Origin: Selaginella moellendorffii
Taxonomy: Eukaryota > Plantae > Lycopodiophyta
DNA length: 8,912 nt
Direction: 5' to 3'
NCBI RefSeq assembly: GCF_000143415.4
Contig: NW_003314305.1
Coordinates: forward strand, 966,171-975,082
Of the stretch, positions 1 through 6,058 are shown in pieces (positions within the stretch are counted from its first letter, which is position 1; each line of letters starts with the position of its first letter). The notes below the pieces were generated by a model. It was not told where the DNA came from, searched no databases, and saw nothing but the letters and a program-made list of their open reading frames with translations. The position numbers and the translations under genes were made by a program.

Positions 1-817
1 ACACTAAGCTTTTGTAACTTAGTATTTTGCTGTTGAACTTGTTTGAATATACCAGAAAATTCGGTCACAACACTTTGTCAAAGCATGACAAATCCTTTCC
101 TAGAATTCTCCCATAAAAGTAGAGTGCACATGAGACAAAACATCATTTGCACATACAACCTTGTGCTCAATTGGTAATTTACTAAACTCTATATGTTTGA
201 TCATCTATCATGCCTAGTGAAAGTTAAGCCCTTTCTGGGTGAATTAGAACACTAAAGGCTTATAGTCCATGAACACTGTAAACACAGCACCAAATAAATA
301 ATGTTGCCATACATGTAGTGCATTAACAATTGCCAAAAGCTCCTGCTCATATGTAGAGTATCGCTGCTCTGCTGGGTTTAATGTCCTGCTCTCATATGCA
401 ATAAGATGATTGTCTTGCATGAACTATATATGGTTTGCTTGGATCTGCAATATGTAGAACCAAAGTATGTGCCAAAGCATCCTTTAAAGCTTGAAAGCTT
501 TGTACTTGCAATGTTTCCCATTCAAAATAAATGTTCTGATGAAAAAACTGAGTCAAGGGAAGAGTAATATCAATATAGTGTTTGATAAACTTGTAGCAAT
601 AACCAACCATTCCCAAGAAACTCCTCAACTTAACAATATTTGTTGAAGTTGGCCAATCTTTTACAATAGCAACCTTTTATGGATCAATCTTGACTCCATT
701 AGCAAAGACAATACAGCCTAAATACTTGCATTCAAATTGCATAAACTCACATTTACTCCTCTTAGCATAAACCTTATGCTTGCATAACAAATCCAACACT
801 TTATGCAAATGTTGTGA
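1..817 (-). pseudogene. pol: Ty3/gypsy pol relic A: RT C-terminal/thumb region, RNase H and connector
   Basis: Minus strand reads QHLHKVLDLLCKHKVYAKRSKCEF..KYLG...GVKIDP*KVAIVKDWPTSTNIVKLRSFLGMVGY (runs into ORF 392..628). After a frameshift it reads MQDNHLIAYESRTLNPAEQRYSTYEQELLAIVNALHVWQHYLFGAVFTVFMDYKPL. Contains stops and frameshifts. Confidence 0.92.
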
Positions 818-1765
818 TTTTGCCTTCTCAACAGACATCTTTACAGGAGGACTTCATAGGATAGTTTGTTGTGGTGTGTGGGTGAACATGAGGTCCTTAA
901 GCTCTTTCGTGCTTTCCACTCTTGTGCGAGGCATTTCTCAGGATAGGTCACAGCACAGCTCCTCTTGTGCCATGGCTACTTTTGGCCTCAAATTCATCAG
1001 GACAGCTTGGACTATATAAAGGTATGTGAGCAATGCCAATAGTTCAACCCTTGAAGCCATGTTTCATATCTTCCTTTCCAGCTCGTCACTTCTCGGACTT
1101 GACTTCGTCAGCCCAATCAACCCACTAAGCTCAAAAGGACAACGATATATCACCATGGCAATAGGCTACTTCACAAAATGGGTTGAGGCCAGCGCTTTGT
1201 GATAAGCAGATCAACAGTCTATAGCAAAGTTTGTTTATGAGTACATTGTTTGCCAAATTTAGAGTTCTTGTAGTTCTAATTTCCAATCGTGGTAGCAACT
1301 TCCTTAAACAGGTGATGCAACATCTTCTCCAGCAACTGCAGATGAAGCACATAAAGAGCAGCAGATACTATCCTGAGTGCAATGGCCAGACAGAGTCCAA
1401 CAACAAGATATTGAAGACCATCATCTCAAAGCTTGTGGCAGATCACCCGAGGCATTGGCACGAGCACTTGGTTATGGCATTGTGGGCCTTTTGGACATCC
1501 TTCAAGACATCCAACAACTCCATTCTCTCTTGTTTATGGGATAGAGGCCATAGTTCCAATTGAGATTTAGGTGCCATCACTCTCACTTTTGCTTCGATAT
1601 GTAACAGAGATGCAACTTAGCAATGAGGACAAGTTTCATGCACCTGACTTGGAGGTTCTTGCCTTTGAAGAATAGTAATAAGCCATGACTGAACATCTCT
1701 TTCAAAGCAAGTAGAAGATCAAATTAGTTATGACCACTAGCCGTGGTTGCAGCTTCGAAATCAAT
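818..1765 (+). pseudogene. pol: Ty3/gypsy non-chromovirus (Athila/Tat-like) integrase relic B
   Basis: Plus strand reads FCLLNRHLYRR...FHSCARHFSG*VTAQ..GYFWP..D..Y...CEQCQ (HHCC zinc finger), GLDFVSPINP.SSKGQRYI...YFTKWVEA, LISNRGSNF, YYPECNGQTE, W...L..ALWA, and TPFSLVYGIEAIVPIE. The TKWVEA and YGxEAxxPxE motifs are typical of non-chromoviruses. Multiple stops and frameshifts; the right end is approximate. Confidence 0.88.
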
Positions 1766-1781
1766 ATAGGCTGCCTGCCGT

Positions 1782-1819
1782 CTTCCTCTCTCTCTCGTTT
1801 TTCATTTTTTTATTTTTTT
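1782..1819. repeat. Low-complexity (CT)n / T-rich tract abutting the gap
   Basis: Sequence reads cttcctctctctctcgtttttcatttttttattttttt. Confidence 0.7.
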
Positions 1820-2093
1820 NNNNNNNNNNNNNNNNNNNNNNNNNNNNNNNNNNNNNNNNNNNNNNNNNNNNNNNNNNNNNNNNNNNNNNNNNNNNNNNNN
1901 NNNNNNNNNNNNNNNNNNNNNNNNNNNNNNNNNNNNNNNNNNNNNNNNNNNNNNNNNNNNNNNNNNNNNNNNNNNNNNNNNNNNNNNNNNNNNNNNNNNN
2001 NNNNNNNNNNNNNNNNNNNNNNNNNNNNNNNNNNNNNNNNNNNNNNNNNNNNNNNNNNNNNNNNNNNNNNNNNNNNNNNNNNNNNNNNNNNNN
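1820..2093. other. Assembly gap (274 N)
   Basis: Run of N. Confidence 1.
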
Positions 2094-3058
2094 GCTTTTT
2101 CCTTACCATTACTATACCCCATACATTCCCCACACCCTTTACATATCATTTGCACTTATAGATCCATCACCAAACACTTCCAATAACATTCCTACACTTA
2201 CTTCCAGATGCCTGTCTTGCATCTTTCATCCTTTCACCATTATCCACATCTTTGATATTTACACTATACCACAGACACATTACATGCACTAGCAGCAAAA
2301 AACATCACCTCATTTTGATGTGCTGTTTTTGAGGTATCATTTTAAACATTTGTCAACGACATATTAGCTTTTTTGGAGCGATTTTCTTCCAACTAGGTGA
2401 ACTTGTTCACTCAAGGCACCTAGATGGATCCTTAAGTGAGGCCACTGAAGCCAATGCCACTTTCTCCTACTCCAACACTCAGTGGACACATACCACCTCT
2501 CTTTACTGACAATCTAATGACTATGCCATCCTTTTCAATTAAGGTTTTCTTTAGTTTGACACATCAGACTATAGGCCTTACACTTTCAGAGATGGCCACC
2601 TTCTTAGAATGTTACCACCATTTCAACACTTCACCATATCATTCCATCTTTCATCATTTCTACACTTACCACCCTTTGGCAATACATCCCCTCTTCTACC
2701 TCTCTTTCTTTCTTGATTTTAGCTAATCTTTGGAGTATACTTAAAGTCATAATGAGGCTGCATTTGTATATTACACTTTCTTGAGCTGAAATCTAGGTAC
2801 AAGTTAAGTTCTTTGGGTACTCACTTTTTTTCTTTTATTTTTCTTCTTTTTCCACACTTTTCTTCATTTTCTTTCATATCAGGGTTTAATTTGACTATAT
2901 AGGGTTTCCCACTAGGTTTTCCTCCCTATCTTGAAACTTTACATATACCCCTTTTCTTTATTTTTCCACTTTATTTTCCAAAGTTTATACTATTCCATGC
3001 AGATACCAGCACTTGGCATTAGCAACAAAGGTACACTCTACACTCTTTAGGGGGTTCT

Positions 3059-3278
3059 TGTGTGTCTGGGGTCAATGCGATCCATTATGGTCGCACGTTA
3101 TGGCGTGGCCAATTAGAGAGTAAAAGAGAATATTTTTGATTCCTGAAATATTCCCTATCCTCTTTATATAAAACCCTTGCCCCACAAGGGCAAAAGAGGG
3201 CATTTATGAAGAGCATTGGAGCATTTCTTGTGTTTGAGTGAGTGTTGGGGGAGCACCCCTCATCCCCTCAACAATACA
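3059..3278 (+). repeat. Putative LTR of relic C (left boundary uncertain)
   Basis: Ends ...CAATACA 2 nt before a Met-PBS. Candidate start TGTGT is a 4/5 inverted match to ATACA. Contains TATATAAAA (3165-3173) and several hairpins. No second copy is present in the window. Confidence 0.5.
3165..3173 (+). promoter_or_regulatory. TATA box in putative LTR C
   Basis: TATATAAAA about 105 bp upstream of the LTR end. Confidence 0.4.
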
Positions 3279-3280
3279 TG

Positions 3281-3292
3281 TGGTATCGAAGC
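3281..3292 (+). promoter_or_regulatory. Primer-binding site (tRNA-iMet-like) of relic C
   Basis: TGGTATCGAAGC versus canonical TGGTATCAGAGC, located 2 nt after CA and followed by a leader homologous to the TRIM leader. Confidence 0.8.
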
Positions 3293-3378
3293 AAATGGGA
3301 TAATTCCCATTGATTAGTGGCTATTCAAAATATAATATACCCTTGAGTAAAGTATATTCCTACCCTTAAAATTGAAAT
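3281..3378 (+). repeat. Inverted copy of the TRIM PBS/leader (homologous to about 5790-5894 on the minus strand)
   Basis: attcccattgattagtggctattcaaaatataatatacccttgagtaaagtatattcctacccttaaaattgaaat aligns with TRIM attcccattgattagtggctatttaaaactataatatacccttgagcaaggtatatttttacccctaaatttgaaat. Confidence 0.92.
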
Positions 3379-3379
3379 A

Positions 3380-3715
3380 GGAACAAGATATTCATTACAA
3401 GATGATATTTATTATAAGCTTTACACAATTTGAATCATAGTTTTGTCGTTTAATTTGAGAAATGCACTAACCACATTTACTTGATTGATGACAGAGGTGT
3501 TTGGGCTTTATATTTGTAAGTTTATGGAGATTTATTTGGATGATATTCTTGTTTTTAGCAAGAATATAGAGGAGCATAAGGTGCATTTGTGCAAATTTCT
3601 TTTGTTACTATGTGACAGTAAACTTTATGCAAAGAGTAAATGTGAATTTGTAAAGTCAAAGGTGAAGTATCTAGCTATATTATGACATCTAAGGGTGTCA
3701 AGACAAATCAAAGTG
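3380..3715 (+). pseudogene. pol: Ty3/gypsy reverse-transcriptase core fragment (relic C)
   Basis: Reads EQDIH.K..F....QFE / VLSFNLRNALTTFT*LMTEVF...KFMEIYLDDILVFSKNIEEHKVHL...KLYAKSKCEF...VKYL / IMTSKGVK. YLDD is at 3533-3544. Frameshifted. Confidence 0.9.
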
Positions 3716-3732
3716 TCACAAATATAACCATG

Positions 3733-3905
3733 GGTATCAAAAGTTACTTATTAGGAAATCCTTTTGGATATTCTTCTTTTACTACCATTGATGGTAGAAG
3801 GTTGGTATTACTAAACTCTTTATCAATCTTTACCAAAGTTAATTGAGAAATTGATCATCATGTATCTAAGTAAATATAAAGTAGGAACTCTTATATGTTT
3901 TTTGT
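3733..3905 (+). pseudogene. Possible highly decayed pol connector / integrase N-terminus
   Basis: Reads ..SSFTTIDGRRLVLLNSLSIFTKVN*EIDHHVSK*I*SRNSYMF, which loosely resembles F..DG...RL.VP.....I..E.HD....H.G...TY. Weak similarity judged by eye. Confidence 0.3.
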
Positions 3906-4338
3906 TGAGCATACTTGGTCTAGTATAAATAACTTATATATTGGTGTGCTTTGGGTGTCACCCAACTTACAAAAGATGATACACCCCTTGAAATGAACAA
4001 GAGAGCGAACCCTAGGCCAACCTCCCAACCCGGCCTTAAATCCCACAGGCCATAGAATATTCTTAGAATATTCCTGTGGTTTGTGTCATTCTCCCCTCCC
4101 TCATGACCCAGCCACATATGGCAGCCTTGAAAAGCTAAACGAGCCTCACATGAAGGGAGTCCAAGGCAATACAGCCATGGAGAAAAGATGTGCAAACGGC
4201 AACACCAACGTTGCGACAAACGGCCATGAAAGAAAGAAAGCAATACAGCTTTCTCACATGATAATACGGTCATGGAAACAAAAGAATGAGAATAGAACAA
4301 ACAGCTCAAATCATATAGCAATACGGCTATAGAACTCA
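3906..4338 (-). repeat. Putative 3' LTR of chromovirus D (433 bp)
   Basis: Begins TGAG directly after the PPT and ends GCTCA at 3906 (4-bp TIR TGAG/CTCA). The 5' LTR is not in the window, so boundaries are unconfirmed; an alternative start is at 4088. Confidence 0.65.
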
Positions 4339-4339
4339 A

Positions 4340-4354
4340 TTCTCCCCTTCCTTA
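4340..4354 (-). promoter_or_regulatory. Polypurine tract of D
   Basis: AAGGAAGGGGAGAA about 16 nt after the pol stop codon, followed by T-TGAG. Confidence 0.8.
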
Positions 4355-4372
4355 GGAATGTCATCCAAATCA

Positions 4373-4510
4373 TAACCAAAATTCAGCTCTCTTTATGTCA
4401 TCCTTAGTTTCCCATGTAGCTTCGTCCATGGAATAACCATTCCACTTAACTAACAACTCCCTAGTTGTTTTCTGACGTGTTTTCACCAATCTTTGAGCAA
4501 GAATATTGGC
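4373..4510 (-). other. Chromodomain at the integrase C-terminus
   Basis: ILAQRLVKTRQKTTRELLVKWNGYSMDEATWETKDDI matches the LVKW.G....ATWE chromodomain signature. Confidence 0.88.
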
Positions 4511-5383
4511 CAGACCAGCCTTCTCTACATCAATCTTTGGAACTTGGATGATGGACTGATCCACGATATCACTAGAGTGCAAACACGTTTTAAGTTTGCT
4601 CACATGGAACGTTGGATAAATCTTCGAACTAACTGGCAAGTTCAAAGTGTATGCAAGATCCCCCAAACGCTGTAAAATTGTCCAAGGCCCACAATACTGT
4701 GGAGACAACTTAGCACTACCACCTCCTTTTAGAGACCATTGTGCATTCGACAGCTTACCGAAAACCTTGTCACCAACTTTGTACTCTTGATGATGACAAT
4801 CTCATCAGCCAATCTTTGTCTCGCTCTTGAGCTTGCTCATGTCCAATTTTGCCAACCAAGCTTATCTGGCATATCCTCCAGGAAATCACAAGCATGAGGA
4901 ACCCGAACCAAAGCCAAATTCAAACTCATAGGAGACCTAGGCTTCCACTCATGTCTCCACTCAAGTGAAAGGCACATAGCCATACATCACCATAAATGGA
5001 GACATACCAATAGCCAATTGATGAGCGCTATTGTGAGCAAACTAAAGCAAAGGCAAGTACTTTTCCCATACTCCCTGTCGAGTCAAATTTCCCACAAAAG
5101 ACATTAGCATATCTTCTAATAGCTAATTCATGCGCTTTGTCTACCCATCAGATTGTGGATGCTCACCACTACTCATGCTCAGCTTAGTCTATAGCTTCTC
5201 AAAGACCGTTTGCCAAAACTTGGATGTGAACATGGGATCCCGATCACTCACAATGTCACTTGGCAAACCATAGAGACTGAATAACCGGTCTACAAACAAT
5301 TGAGCAAGTTCAGAAGCTTTTATCGTTGTCTTCACGGGGAAAAAGTGAGCCATCTTCATCAAACGATCCACAACAACCCAAAT

Positions 5384-5545
5384 TGTAGCGCACCTTATCT
5401 CTCTCCTCTTAAGCCAACTAGAAAAGGGGCAATTTCTTGATGAGAGAGCCTTTAATGGTTATTTTATCCCTATTTATCCCCTAAGGTTCTAAAGATCCAT
5501 GGTGACAGTATATCCAAATCTCATCCCATGATCACGTGCGTTACA
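5384..5545 (-). repeat. TRIM 3' LTR
   Basis: TGTAGCGCAC...GTGCGTTACA (9/10 TIR); 144/162 identical to 5897-6058 with no indels (manual count). Confidence 0.96.
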
Positions 5546-5560
5546 CTCACCCCCCCTTTC
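5546..5560 (-). promoter_or_regulatory. TRIM polypurine tract
   Basis: GAAAGGGGGGGTGAG immediately before TGTAACGC on the minus strand. Confidence 0.9.
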
Positions 5561-5882
5561 AGAGATGCTAATGTCCTCATTTACTATTGACTAACAACCC
5601 TTACTGAGCCAAGGGGAACTAACACCTTCATTTCCGCATTAAATCTACCAATCCTTCCATTATGTAGACTAGCTATTCCATATGAGGTAATTAGTTATCC
5701 ACCCGTACTGCAGTCCCACGGTGGATATCTTCGTCTGTGGATACTTTACACAAGAGGAAGGATGTACGCATGGATGCCCAATACGTATAATTTCAAATTT
5801 AGGGGTAAAAATATACCTTGCTCAAGGGTATATTATAGTTTTAAATAGCCACTAATCAATGGGAATCAAACCCGTGCCATTT

Positions 5883-5894
5883 ACTCCGATACCA
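5883..5894 (-). promoter_or_regulatory. TRIM primer-binding site (tRNA-iMet-like)
   Basis: TGGTATCGGAGT, 2 nt after the 5' LTR. Confidence 0.9.
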
Positions 5895-5896
5895 AC

Positions 5897-6058
5897 TATA
5901 ACACACCTTATCTCTCTCCCCTTAAACCAACTGGAAAAGGGGCAATTACTTGATGAGAGAGCCTTTAGTGGCTATTTTATCCCCATTTATCCCCCAAGGT
6001 TCCAAGGATCCACAGTGACAGTATATCCAAATGTCATCCCATGATCACGTGCACTACA
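5897..6058 (-). repeat. TRIM 5' LTR
   Basis: Direct repeat of 5384-5545; its inner terminal CA has mutated to TA. Confidence 0.96.

Larger units (their letters stand above)
5384..6058 (-). mobile_element. Complete TRIM (terminal-repeat retrotransposon in miniature), 675 bp
   Basis: Two 162-bp LTRs, a 351-bp non-coding interior, 5-bp TSD CAAAT (5379-5383 and 6059-6063), PBS and PPT. Removing it restores the host integrase reading GNDAIWVVVDRLMKMAHF. Confidence 0.96.

Noticed and set aside
780-1352. ORFs 780..1019 (+) and 1131..1352 (-)
   Set aside because: Wrong-frame or antisense readings of integrase relic B; the true frame contains stops.
1730-2292. ORFs of 107-181 aa spanning the N run
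   Set aside because: Artefacts of translating through the gap.
2436-2726. 96-aa ORF
   Set aside because: GTG start, composition explained by the G-poor strand bias, and no recognisable domain.
2880-2920. Telo-box / telomere-like AGGGTTT copies
   Set aside because: Only two or three scattered imperfect copies, which are common in plant LTR sequence; not an array.
2999-3008. PBS-like TGGTATCTGC on the minus strand
   Set aside because: Only a 7-nt match and not preceded by an LTR-terminal CA at the right distance.
3713-3744. GTGTCACA...TGGGTATCAAAAG as an LTR end plus PBS
   Set aside because: Spacing is wrong, the match is imperfect, and the upstream sequence is RT-coding.
4145-4329. CRISPR-like repeat-spacer array
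   Set aside because: The repeats are short, degenerate and lie in a eukaryotic retrotransposon LTR region, with no cas genes nearby.
3920-4339. 139-aa ORF downstream of pol (env-like or extra ORF?)
   Set aside because: It starts at TTG, lies within the repeat-containing LTR region and has no recognisable motif; probably chance.
5859-5936. A bona fide tRNA gene or tRNA-derived SINE
   Set aside because: No acceptor or anticodon stems can be formed and there is no SINE tail; only T-arm and D-loop-like pieces are present (kept as a finding).
5897-6058. TRIM as a Cassandra element (5S rRNA in the LTR)
   Set aside because: No AGTTAAGCGTGC...GTACTAGGATGGGTGACC block is present; the faint GTAGT..ATGGGATGAC resemblance at the terminus is too weak.
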